This document shows, piece by piece, positions 13,765-23,140 of a stretch of DNA of 64,000 nucleotides. Origin of the DNA: Convolutriloba macropyga (lineage: Eukaryota); the NCBI RefSeq assembly GCF_964194025.1, contig NC_134473.1, positions 55,304,001 to 55,368,000 of the forward strand, written 5' to 3'. How positions within the stretch are numbered: the stretch's first letter is position 1; each line of letters opens with the position of its first letter. The notes under the pieces are model-generated. The model had not been told where the DNA came from. It saw only the letters and a list, made by a program, of their open reading frames with translations, and did no database searches. Position numbers and translations under genes: made by a program.

Positions 13765-14940
13765 AGTAGTATAACGTGAGCAAAGCTGGGGGGGGGGGGG
13801 GGGGGTAAAAAGACGTACCTATGTATAAAGATTACGTATAGTCCATATTCCCTCAAATCCCAAAGACGTACCTCACAGCATGATACCCAAGCTGTTCACA
13901 CGAGGGGATTAGCAAGATAATCCCTTGATATTAAATTAGTAAGGTCATTTACCCTTTCCCATTTTACACTTTAATAATGTAAATTTCCAAAAGTGTACCT
14001 CACAGCATGACACCCAAGCTGTTCACACGAGGGGATTAGCAAGATAATCCCTTGATATTAAATTAGTAAGGTCATTTACCCCCTACCATTTTACACTTTA
14101 ATAATGTAAATTTCCAAAAGTGTACCTCACAGCATGACACCCAAGCTGTTCACACGAGGGGATTAGCAAGATAATCCCTTGATATTAAATTAGTAAGGTC
14201 ATTTACCCTTTCCCATATTACACTTTAATAATGTAAATTTCCAAAAGTGTACCTCACAGCATGACACCCAAGCTGCTCACACGAGGGGATTAGCAAGATA
14301 ATCCCTTAATATTAAATTAGGTCATTTACCCTTTCCCATATTACACTTTAAAAATGTAAATTTCCAAAAGTGTACCTCACAGCATGACACCCAAGGTGTT
14401 CACACGAGGGGGATTAGCAAGATAATGCCTTAACAACAAATCAGTCAAGTCATTGACCCCTACCATATTACACTTTACTAATGTCAATTTCCAAAGACGT
14501 ACCTCACAGCTTGAGACCCAAGCTGTTCACACGAAAGGGATTAGCAGGATAATGTTTTAATATTAAATTAGGAAGGATGACTCATTTACAGTTACGTACG
14601 TTAGACGTGATTTTCAAAAATGAATCTCACAGCATGATACCCAAGCTGTTCACACGAAGGGGATTAGCAAGATAATCCTTCAATAATAATTTAGGATGAC
14701 TCATTTACAGTTACGTACGACTTTTCAAAAATGTACCTCACAGCATGACACCCAAGCTGTTCACACAAAGGGGATTAGCAAGATAATCCTTCAATAATAA
14801 TTTAGGATGACTCATTTAAAGTTACGTACGACTTTTCAAAAATGTACCTCACAGTATGATACCCAAGCTGTTCACACTAACGGGGTTAGCAAGATAGTGT
14901 CTTAACAACAAACTAATAAGGACATTTACCCACCCATTCC
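13765..14940 (+). repeat. Left terminal inverted repeat: terminus, G-run and 9 tandem ~110-127 bp units
   Basis: Units start at ~13868, 13995, 14122, 14249, 14372, 14499, 14622, 14733 and 14844, each with core GTACCTCACAGCATGAYACCCAAGCTGTTCACACGAGGGGATTAGCAAGATAAT. Confidence 0.93.
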
Positions 14941-15155
14941 CATATTAACAAAAAAGTACAATTTTTTATTTTTGGTTTTTACAGATTTTTTTTACAATTT
15001 TAATCAATTTTTTGTTTAAAATAGTGTTTCACTGTGTCGTTTTAAACTGAAAATCCAATTTTCCGATTTCAGAAAAAGTTGTATTATTGTTTTGAAAATG
15101 TCTATTTCTCATTTTTTTTTAACCAATCACATAATCTGTCAGATCTGATTTTGGA

Positions 15156-15803
15156 ATGTTGATGCTGAAAAACATTTACGATTCATTTTGTCTTTTTTCT
15201 TGGTTGAACATAAGTAGCCTAAAAAAAATGCAAAATACTCCAATTCTTCCTTTACTTCCTTCAACATCTTTTCTTTCTACTTTTCATTCAGATTTAGATT
15301 ACGCTCCTATCACGGAAGCATCAATATTTAAAACGGTAGTAACCGATAACAATTTGGAATTATCTTTTGAGGTGGATTGCACTAGAGTAACAATTAAAAC
15401 TCAGACAACTAGCTTGACACTTCCGAAGGATTTGTGGAGAACTTTAGGGGCAGCTAGACATCATAACCTCCACCTAGCCGAAGAAAAAGTCAACAATTCA
15501 TTGCTTTCTCTCCAAACTTATTTTCAAACCATTGAAAGAATTCGAAAAGAACAAGGGTTTCACCCGTTGAAAGACAGCAAAGGAATTATGTTCCCGTACT
15601 CTCGTGACATAAATCACTACGGTGTTTGGTGGGTAGAAGACATGTTCTCCAAGCATGCTGACTCATTTTCTAAAAACCAGAAGCCTTCAATCTGCCCGAT
15701 TTCAAAGACCTTATTCTTCCTCCGATCCAGGAAACTGACAATGAAGAGACTCAATCATCTCATCAAAATATTCCTTTCTCGAACTATAAGTGTTCTCCAA
15801 TAG
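15156..15803 (+). CDS. Polinton accessory protein, unknown function (start may be at 15228, MQNT...)
   Basis: 215-aa ORF inside the element, co-oriented with the gene block; no recognisable motif. Confidence 0.5.
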   Translation: MLMLKNIYDSFCLFSWLNISSLKKMQNTPILPLLPSTSFLSTFHSDLDYAPITEASIFKTVVTDNNLELSFEVDCTRVTIKTQTTSLTLPKDLWRTLGAARHHNLHLAEEKVNNSLLSLQTYFQTIERIRKEQGFHPLKDSKGIMFPYSRDINHYGVWWVEDMFSKHADSFSKNQKPSICPISKTLFFLRSRKLTMKRLNHLIKIFLSRTISVLQ

Positions 15804-15839
15804 AATAGTGAGATAACTCGCTTTTGTTCGATGCTAAAT

Positions 15840-16035
15840 TCACCCTCACGTGACTAAATATAGAAAACTCATCTTTGGCATCACGTGATGTTACTAAAAA
15901 TAGAAGTGACATAACTATTACGTCATGATGCACGCTCTATTTTCATTGGTTACGAATTATTTTATAACATCTCATTGGATACGAAGTTTATTTTTCGCTA
16001 CTGTTCTCGTTCTTACTTAAATTTCATTGGTTCAA
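15840..16035 (+). promoter_or_regulatory. Putative Pol II promoter of the Polinton + strand gene block
   Basis: Intergenic cluster of two TCACGTGA E-boxes, TTACGTCA (CRE-like) and three reverse CCAAT boxes (CATTGG at ~15945, 15973, 16025); a pyrimidine tract and TTTCACAG sit directly before the ATG at 16163. Confidence 0.45.
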
Positions 16036-16162
16036 GATATCAACCCCTTTCTTGAAGACAATTTATTCATTTGTTTCTTTGCGGTTTCAATATTCAGTTA
16101 CCCTTGTAGACCCAAATTTTCTGCTTTAAAAACTTTACATACTTCACATTCTCATTTCACAG

Positions 16163-16873
16163 ATGGATCAAAGCTCTGTCTCTCCTAACTCCAAAAAACC
16201 ATTCTCCTTTCCCCTCCGTAAACGAGATTACAAAGGAAAACCAGTTGTTCCCTCATCACAATTGGAATACCACAATGAGAGCATGTTTTCTCTATTTAAA
16301 GACAACAACGATAAAAAAGACAACACCGACTCAAAACCAAATGAGGAGCACGATGGAAGAAACAACTGTTGGTCCTTTCAAGAATACGGGAACCGGAAGT
16401 TTCAAATCAGCATCCCAGAGGAAACCGTCAACTCAAACTCTAACTGGACTCACTTGAAAGTATTTTGCGAAAATGTGGAAAGTGAATATGTTCTGCATCA
16501 ATTTCTGATGCTATCGGCCAGAGAATTGAAGCTTGTTATTGAAAAGATACCTGAGATGATAAAAGAAGCACTACTGTTCGAACCTACTGTAGGTACTGCG
16601 AAGCTGGTGATTGACGAAACTGTGTTCCAACCAACTGATGTTGAGGAAAAAGCAAAATTTGATGTGTTCTGGGAGGTGAGTGAGACTGCTCGACGGAAGG
16701 TGTGTGTAACTAGAATATTTTTCCAAGATGACCCGAATCGATGTTACTTCACAATCAAGCTGTTCACACGAGGGAGTGAAAAGGACATTTTCAGAAGGAA
16801 ATGCTTTCTTTCGGTCAGAATTGGTGAGATGGAGAAACTACACAGAATGAGTGATAAATTATTTCAGTGCTGA
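16163..16873 (+). CDS. Polinton protein with two tandem PC4-like (putative ssDNA-binding) domains
   Basis: Internal duplication W.......RK..I/V......W/Y...LK.F......Y/F......L...E...L resembles the PC4 fold; PC4-like genes are common in Polintons; assigned by eye. Confidence 0.55.
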   Translation: MDQSSVSPNSKKPFSFPLRKRDYKGKPVVPSSQLEYHNESMFSLFKDNNDKKDNTDSKPNEEHDGRNNCWSFQEYGNRKFQISIPEETVNSNSNWTHLKVFCENVESEYVLHQFLMLSARELKLVIEKIPEMIKEALLFEPTVGTAKLVIDETVFQPTDVEEKAKFDVFWEVSETARRKVCVTRIFFQDDPNRCYFTIKLFTRGSEKDIFRRKCFLSVRIGEMEKLHRMSDKLFQC

Positions 16874-16903
16874 ACAAAGTCAAAAATCAAAAAAGATCGC
16901 AAA

Positions 16904-17398
16904 GTGCATAACAGTAATTGTAAATTTTTAATATTGTATGTTGTGATGTTTGTATTTAATCACTTTTTAAAATTTAATGTTCCAGTACAGTTGCTTGATA
17001 TGAACATTGAGGAAATTGTAGCGTTAGAGAAAGAAATCAGTAAACTTTTTGTTGGAAATACAAAACGCAAAAATTATTTTTTGGCTGTCTGTCGAAGCTT
17101 GAACAAAAATGTAGATCTGGATAAAATCAACAGAGAAACTCCGTTTGGGGGACTAATAGGAGTTGGTGACTCAAAGTTAGAAAAACTTCTCAATTGGTCA
17201 AAAATTTTTCGATTACATGCTACATTTCATGATGCCGCAGGCTACCTGAAAACAAATCTAAATATTGGCCCTGGATATTGTTACGTTGTTCCATTTTTTA
17301 ATTCTATATTGAATTTTTGTTTCTTGGGACATATAACAGGTCTTGCATATTGTTGTTTTTTGAAAATGTCATCACGATTCCAATTAATCAAAGTGTGA
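16904..17398 (+). CDS. Polinton hypothetical protein (true start probably 16946 or 17000)
   Basis: ORF in the tightly packed gene block; no motif recognised. Confidence 0.5.
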   Translation: MHNSNCKFLILYVVMFVFNHFLKFNVPVQLLDMNIEEIVALEKEISKLFVGNTKRKNYFLAVCRSLNKNVDLDKINRETPFGGLIGVGDSKLEKLLNWSKIFRLHATFHDAAGYLKTNLNIGPGYCYVVPFFNSILNFCFLGHITGLAYCCFLKMSSRFQLIKV

Positions 17399-17440
17399 AT
17401 CATTATTTCCTAAAGACGAACAAAAATCAGTTGCTCTCTA

Positions 17441-17695
17441 ATGACAGATCATCTCAATCACGCATCTGACTTTATTTTTGATAATAACAATCAGGAAAGA
17501 CCTCCTTGGAAAATCTGTGGTCGCACTTGCTCTCGAACAGCTTTTTTGTCAATATTTCAGTGCTTAGTTGTATTAGTACTGCTTCTGTTTTCAATTATTA
17601 ATCTTATTTTTGCTAGAACTTGTGACGAACGAACAGTTTGGATTGCTATTCTTTCAAGTGCCGTTGGTTATATACTTCCTAATCCCCGAACATAA
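17441..17695 (+). CDS. Small two-helix membrane protein upstream of the ATPase
   Basis: WKICG...hydrophobic helix...INL...WIAILSSAVGYILPNP; two predicted TM segments; abuts the ATPase start. Confidence 0.75.
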   Translation: MTDHLNHASDFIFDNNNQERPPWKICGRTCSRTAFLSIFQCLVVLVLLLFSIINLIFARTCDERTVWIAILSSAVGYILPNPRT

Positions 17696-17696
17696 A

Positions 17697-18437
17697 ATGA
17701 ACAAAATCATTTCAACAAACGAACGAATTTTGATGTATCTTGTTGGTCCTTCCGGATCTGGAAAAACTGTTTTTATCAGTGATATGCTACGAATGAAAAC
17801 TTTTCTGCCATCATTTGATCGAATTTTATACTTTTATAAGCACTTTCAGCCAATTTACGACACAATGATGCAATCAATTGCAGACATAGAATTCATTCAG
17901 GGAGTTGACTTTGATTTAATCGATAACTTACCCGCTGACGGCACTAAATATTTACTTATATTCGATGATTCATTGGACATTCTTTCCAAGTCGGAAAAGT
18001 TCAACGGAATTGCGACAGCCGGTAGACATCGAAACCTAAATTGTGTATATATCAAGCATAATCTCTTCCACAAAAACAAAACTGGACGTGATGCCGAGCT
18101 GCAGACTACTCACATTGTTTTGTTCAAATCACCGAGAGATGTGCAGCAGATTGATATCTTGGGGAGACAGCTAGGCCTCGGAAGACAACTAAAACAGTGG
18201 TATGATGATGCAACACAAGAACCATATGGTCATCTTATGATTGATTTGAGACCATCTACACCTGATTTGTTGAGATACTGTTCAAATGTAACATCATTTC
18301 CCTCAGAATTCTTCGTACCGAACAGTCGTGCTCGTATTACTGATATTAATGATAAACGCACAGAACTATTATACTCTGAAGCTCTTTCGGAATCTCAGCA
18401 AGAATTTTCAACCAGCTTTCCTTCTAAATTGTCCTAA
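17697..18437 (+). CDS. A32/FtsK-like DNA packaging ATPase
   Basis: Walker A GPSGSGKT, Walker B LLIFDD, GRHRN motif, HIVLFKSPRD, PYGHLMIDL; ATG at 17697. Confidence 0.93.
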   Translation: MNKIISTNERILMYLVGPSGSGKTVFISDMLRMKTFLPSFDRILYFYKHFQPIYDTMMQSIADIEFIQGVDFDLIDNLPADGTKYLLIFDDSLDILSKSEKFNGIATAGRHRNLNCVYIKHNLFHKNKTGRDAELQTTHIVLFKSPRDVQQIDILGRQLGLGRQLKQWYDDATQEPYGHLMIDLRPSTPDLLRYCSNVTSFPSEFFVPNSRARITDINDKRTELLYSEALSESQQEFSTSFPSKLS

Positions 18438-18669
18438 AGAGTTCATCAGATTTCTCTGTGAGTGTATTGTAAACTTGATTGAAGGAAACCTCACAGGAGT
18501 AAGAAAAAATCAGTTTGTTCGCTTCCAAAAACAACTTAGAAAGCTCACGTCAAAATCAACAACCCTCAATTCCAGAAGACTTATATTGGGCTCGAAAGCT
18601 GGAATAACAATATTAGGTTACATATATCAACCTTGTATGAACAAATTTTCAACTTTCTTCAATGAGTGA
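18349..18669 (+). CDS. Small Polinton protein (LCECxxNxxxGN type)
   Basis: FIRFLCECIVNLIEGNL motif, which I recall from small Polinton ORFs; overlaps the ATPase 3' end. Confidence 0.7.
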   Translation: MINAQNYYTLKLFRNLSKNFQPAFLLNCPKEFIRFLCECIVNLIEGNLTGVRKNQFVRFQKQLRKLTSKSTTLNSRRLILGSKAGITILGYIYQPCMNKFSTFFNE

Positions 18670-19132
18670 GGTCAAAAAGTTTGTTCTTGTTCCAAAAGAA
18701 CTGTGGGAGTCCAGAAAAGGGAAATTACCGGAACCCTCCTGCGAGATCTATAAAAAGGAAGAAACTGTTTTTCCAGTTATCAAAAAAGCGAAAGAAGAAA
18801 TTAGTTCCGAAAAAACCGATCGTCCACCTAAAGAACTTAAGACAGATCTGGAATTTCACTATAAGAACAGTCCCGAGACATTGAAAACTTTGAAGGAAAT
18901 TTACGAAAACAAACGGTTGAAAGTTTCACTTTCCAATACAATTATTGTTGACAACGTTGACACTGGAGTTGATATAAAAACATTCCTTCATTCAATCAAA
19001 TTGAAAAACGCTCCAGTTGATCCAAACTATTTCCTAATTCTTAAAGTTCTAAATCTGAGACCATATCTGGTTAAAAACAACATTTTGAGGACACAGTATG
19101 GTTCAGACTGGTTCAATTACAGTTTCAGATAG
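18662..19132 (+). CDS. Polinton hypothetical protein preceding integrase
   Basis: 156-aa ORF overlapping both neighbours; begins with KKFVLVP. Confidence 0.7.
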   Translation: MSEVKKFVLVPKELWESRKGKLPEPSCEIYKKEETVFPVIKKAKEEISSEKTDRPPKELKTDLEFHYKNSPETLKTLKEIYENKRLKVSLSNTIIVDNVDTGVDIKTFLHSIKLKNAPVDPNYFLILKVLNLRPYLVKNNILRTQYGSDWFNYSFR

Positions 19133-20042
19133 AATCAAATTGCAGAAGTTGTATAAAGGGAAGGGACCACCAGCTTTCGGTTCTATCAACAACCTAACAA
19201 AATCAAGTGGAATAAGTCGCGAGAAAGTTACAGAATTTTTACAATCAAAAGACTCTTATACGAAGTACAAAGGGATCAGAAGAAAATTTCCCCGGCTAAA
19301 TGCGCATGCTCGCTATATTGATGAGATTTGGTGCTTGGATCTTGCACAAATGGATAAACTATCACAATGGAACCGAGGTATCAACTTTTTACTCGTTACT
19401 GTCGATGTTTTTTCTCGATTCTTGCGAGTAGAAGCATTACGAAGCAAAAGAGCAGAGGGTGTGAAAGCAGCTTTTATCAAAATGTGTTCGAAAAAGAACG
19501 AACTCAATTTCCCGAAAAAATTATGGCTAGATCAAGGAAAAGAGTTCTTTGGAGATATGGCCAATTTCTGCGAGGATGTGGGAGTCAAATATTATCACAC
19601 TTATAGTGAAACAAAAGTAGCTTTTGGCGAGAGAGCTATACGAACCCTGAAAAACTTAATTTACCGCTACCTGGAGGAAAAGGACACATTATCTTACATC
19701 AAAGACCTGCAAATGTTTGTTGACATCATCAACTCTAGAATAAATCGAAGTATTGGTTTGGCTCCCAAAAATGTAGTAAATGCTGACTTTTTGACTGTCA
19801 TGTACAAGCGGATGAAACTACGAAAAAACAAGAAGCCTAATTTTAAAGTAGGTGATAAAGTTCGGTTGGTATTAGTAGGGCACAATTTTCGAAAAGGATA
19901 TAAGCCTCACTATACACATGAAATTTTCCTAATTCGAAAAATAAACACTTTGGCTCCTTTCCTGACTTACTTTGTTGTTGATCAGAAAGGAGAAAACATT
20001 GATGGAATCTTTTACGAGCAAGAATTGTCAAAAGTTAAATAA
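19098..20042 (+). CDS. Retroviral-like (rve) Polinton integrase, no C-terminal chromodomain
   Basis: D (WCLDLAQM), D (LWLDQGKEF), E (GERAIRTLK); VDVFSRF; C-terminal FKVGDKVR...GIFYEQEL then stop. Confidence 0.95.
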   Translation: MVQTGSITVSDRIKLQKLYKGKGPPAFGSINNLTKSSGISREKVTEFLQSKDSYTKYKGIRRKFPRLNAHARYIDEIWCLDLAQMDKLSQWNRGINFLLVTVDVFSRFLRVEALRSKRAEGVKAAFIKMCSKKNELNFPKKLWLDQGKEFFGDMANFCEDVGVKYYHTYSETKVAFGERAIRTLKNLIYRYLEEKDTLSYIKDLQMFVDIINSRINRSIGLAPKNVVNADFLTVMYKRMKLRKNKKPNFKVGDKVRLVLVGHNFRKGYKPHYTHEIFLIRKINTLAPFLTYFVVDQKGENIDGIFYEQELSKVK

Positions 20043-20069
20043 TCATTTTTGAATTAGTCGCGCTAGAAA

Positions 20070-20408
20070 ATGGACGGTTACAATCTGCCTTATTTTAAAG
20101 GAGTTCCTCGTCAGAGAGGGCGTGGCTTTGGAGCCTTGGCAAGAACAGTCGCTAGAACAACTCTCCCAATTCTCAAGAAATACGTTTTACCTGCAGCAAA
20201 AAAAATTGGACGAGATGTAATCGAGTCAGCCATTCCCGAAATTGGAGGTGTTTTATCAGGACAAACTTCAATTAAAAAAGCAGTAAAGAAGACTGCGAAA
20301 TCAACAATACGAAAACAAGTTGGTGGTGGTATGAAAAAGAGGAAAAACACGAGACAAAGTATCGTTCGGCAAAAAATTCGGAAAGACTTTCTGAAGAACC
20401 TTGACTAA
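20070..20408 (+). CDS. Basic core / DNA-condensing protein (adenovirus pVII/pX-like)
   Basis: Lys/Arg-rich, with Gly motifs QRGRGFG and QVGGG resembling adenain cleavage sites; lies upstream of the capsid genes. Confidence 0.7.
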   Translation: MDGYNLPYFKGVPRQRGRGFGALARTVARTTLPILKKYVLPAAKKIGRDVIESAIPEIGGVLSGQTSIKKAVKKTAKSTIRKQVGGGMKKRKNTRQSIVRQKIRKDFLKNLD

Positions 20409-20449
20409 TCATTTTCCCAAACAAACGTCACAGAGTACAGTCAAACATC

Positions 20450-21247
20450 ATGAATTCGTTTTATCTTGAATTAGTGTCCAACGCTTCCTCTCAAGTTTAT
20501 CCTCAAAATACAATGGCTTCATTCACTAATTTTCTTCCCGACAAAATTGAACTGGATGGATCTTGGGAAGTAGCTTTAGTCGAAGTATCATATCCCGGTA
20601 TATGTTATAACGTTGAAGGAGGATTGATGACCTTTCACTATGATGAGAAATTTAAGCATGTCTTTGCCATTCCACCAGCAGTTTTTAACTCTATGGATGA
20701 ATTTGTAAAGAGTCTTACAGATATTCCCAAAAAAGCACGACATCCCAAAAACTTAGATCCTCAATTTTCCATCAACATCGACAAAAAAAGTCGAAGACTA
20801 ACTTTTTGCAATAGAGAATCTCAAAATGTATCATTCAGCAAAAGTTTGGCTGCTAACTTGGGCGTTGAAGCTGACAAACCTGTTATGCCTTATTCGAAAA
20901 GATCATACAACACCAAGTCCTGGGCAACGGCAGATCTCCCTTTTGATATTACTGGAACACATACAGTTTTACTCTACTTGGATATAGTTGAACCCAATTC
21001 AGTCGGTGATGTGAAATGTCCTCTTCTACGCTCCTTTCCATTCAAACACCGAGAGTTCCATAATGATGAGATTAAGAGATCGCAAGTTCTGAGTTATCGC
21101 AGTTTCGAACACTTGAGATTCCATAAAGTAATCAAATCGAACTTCCACAGTATCCATGTAGAATTAAGAAACGCTGCTGGACACCTTGTTCCCTTCTTCC
21201 CTATTGGTCAAGTTCAACTTACTTTATTATTCCAGAAAAAATCTTGA
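20450..21247 (+). CDS. Minor capsid protein (penton, single jelly-roll)
   Basis: N-terminal FYLELVSNAS...YPQNTMASF...L...WEVALVEVSYP and C-terminal YLDIVEP..VGD....LLR...I.VELRN..G..VPF, typical of Polinton mCP. Confidence 0.88.
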   Translation: MNSFYLELVSNASSQVYPQNTMASFTNFLPDKIELDGSWEVALVEVSYPGICYNVEGGLMTFHYDEKFKHVFAIPPAVFNSMDEFVKSLTDIPKKARHPKNLDPQFSINIDKKSRRLTFCNRESQNVSFSKSLAANLGVEADKPVMPYSKRSYNTKSWATADLPFDITGTHTVLLYLDIVEPNSVGDVKCPLLRSFPFKHREFHNDEIKRSQVLSYRSFEHLRFHKVIKSNFHSIHVELRNAAGHLVPFFPIGQVQLTLLFQKKS

Positions 21248-21287
21248 TCATTTCCTCAATTATCATTATAAAAAACGGTCGGCTAAA

Positions 21288-22526
21288 ATGAATTCCTTAT
21301 CTCACTCTATGCTCGACTTTTTTGGGAAAGTTCCAATTTTAGACCCAATTCTTTGGTCCAACGAGCAACAAATATTTCCAACAAATTCCTTAAACGAGTC
21401 AACAATCGAATTTCAATTGGAAACTGATCGTAATATTTTCACTGACTTGCGATCTACTCGATTATTCATCAGAGGAAGGGTTATTAAAGGCGATCGAACA
21501 CGTTTGGATAATGCCGAAGAAACATTATTGGTAAACAATGCTCTTCATTCACTTTTTTCTAATTGCGAAGTCTATCTAAACAATGAACAAGTTCACAGTG
21601 CCAATTCTCTTTATGCTCATCAAGCTTTTGTTTCTGCTGAGTTTTCAGGTACAAAAGGAACGAAGGAAAGCTTGTCTCAATGTCAAGGATATCGATACGA
21701 GATTGAGCCAAACGATTTTAATAAAAGACCGTTTACAGATGTTGTTTTTCAAAAAGATAAAGATGAGTTTACTTTTTACGGTCCGTTGGCAATAGGTCTA
21801 TTTGCTTGTGAAACTTTACTTCTCCCAAATGTCAACCTCAGACTGAAGTTGATCCGGTCTTCTCCAGCGTTCTATATGATCGATACTGGTGGGCTGAACT
21901 CTGAGGCCTTAATTTTGGAAGCTTGCCTTTTTACTAGACAGGTAGCAATCTCAGATAACTGGATGAGAAGTTTCAAAAGCAGACTGCTTCGAGAACCTGC
22001 CATATTTTACTATAATGAAGAACTTCCAAAGACGTTTATTATTCCCGCAGGACAGAACCAGTTTATACAAGAAAATATATTTTCAAACAAACCAATTCGA
22101 ATGATTGATATTGCTATGAATCTAAATAATGAGTTCAGTGGAACATACAACACGAATCCGTTCCATTTTCGTAAATTTGGTCTTCGGCAAGTTAAAATTG
22201 TGCGTGGGAATCAAACTATAGTCAACTTGAAAACAGAAAATCACGTGAGAGCTTATGCTGAAACAATGAAAGCACTCAAGTTTGATGATGACGGTCCTAA
22301 CATTCAATACAAGGATTTTGAAAACCATTTTCATTTATTTTTCGATCTTACTTCAACACAGGAGGCCAATGTCGAAATGCATTTTCCTGATGTAGTTGGA
22401 GCAGGAATTCGTTTAGAGCTCTACTTTGCTAACAATTTGACCAATACTGTAGAATTATTTGTTAGTGGTGAACGTATAAGTTCAATTGCAATTGATAAGG
22501 AGGGATCAGTCACCAAAAATGGATAA
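21288..22526 (+). CDS. Major capsid protein (double jelly-roll)
   Basis: LDFF..., TIEF, DL..TRL, VNNALHSLFSNCEVYLN, LLPNVNLRLKLIR, NPFHF, FFDLTS, IRLELYFA; ATG at 21288. Confidence 0.92.
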   Translation: MNSLSHSMLDFFGKVPILDPILWSNEQQIFPTNSLNESTIEFQLETDRNIFTDLRSTRLFIRGRVIKGDRTRLDNAEETLLVNNALHSLFSNCEVYLNNEQVHSANSLYAHQAFVSAEFSGTKGTKESLSQCQGYRYEIEPNDFNKRPFTDVVFQKDKDEFTFYGPLAIGLFACETLLLPNVNLRLKLIRSSPAFYMIDTGGLNSEALILEACLFTRQVAISDNWMRSFKSRLLREPAIFYYNEELPKTFIIPAGQNQFIQENIFSNKPIRMIDIAMNLNNEFSGTYNTNPFHFRKFGLRQVKIVRGNQTIVNLKTENHVRAYAETMKALKFDDDGPNIQYKDFENHFHLFFDLTSTQEANVEMHFPDVVGAGIRLELYFANNLTNTVELFVSGERISSIAIDKEGSVTKNG

Positions 22527-22914
22527 TCAACAACTCTTACATGTTGTCAACAGGTTCCCACACCTAAAGTTCAAATACCTCGGTTCCTTCCCTGCAGATC
22601 TTCGACCAAAAAATTTACCTACAAACACGTTTTGTATAATCAACATAGATCCATCTACTCAACCGGGCTCCCACTGGATTTTGCTTGCGAATAAGAACGG
22701 AAAGTTGTTCTACGGTGATTCGATGGGAGAAATGTTGCAAAATTATGGCATCAGGACAAAAGCAAACTTTGGTTCATTAGTACAGGAGAAACTCCAAGAT
22801 TCAGAATTGTGTGGTTTATATGCTATTTATTTTGCCCATGTGTTATTTTCCAAAGTCTCATCTAAATATTTAAATGATTTTCATATATTGAAGTTCTTTG
22901 CTGATGTTTTGTAA
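22519..22914 (+). CDS. Adenain/Ulp1-like cysteine maturation protease
   Basis: GSFPAD, INIDPSTQPGSHW (His), YGDSMG (Asp), LQ....CGLY (Gln/Cys); ATG at 22519 overlaps the MCP stop. Confidence 0.92.
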   Translation: MDNQQLLHVVNRFPHLKFKYLGSFPADLRPKNLPTNTFCIINIDPSTQPGSHWILLANKNGKLFYGDSMGEMLQNYGIRTKANFGSLVQEKLQDSELCGLYAIYFAHVLFSKVSSKYLNDFHILKFFADVL

Positions 22915-23140
22915 GTTTTGAAAACCAAAATCTTTAAATGTTTAAACAATAATTTGAAAAATGATGCAAATGGTTTTCAAAACTTTAAAAGTTTGTAAAG
23001 TTTGTATTTAATTGATTGTATGTGTATTTGTTTCTAATTCATTTATTTAAAAAAAACGGCTTTTGTTAAAAAGAGATATTGGTAGGTAAACTGTGAATTA
23101 AAAACAGAGGCGATATAAATATAAGACTAAAGAAAACGAG

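Noticed and set aside
13868-14940. CRISPR array (constant palindromic repeat plus variable spacers)
   Set aside because: The 'spacers' are homologous to each other, units are mirrored at the other end of the element, there are no cas genes and the context is eukaryotic. These are Polinton terminal repeats.
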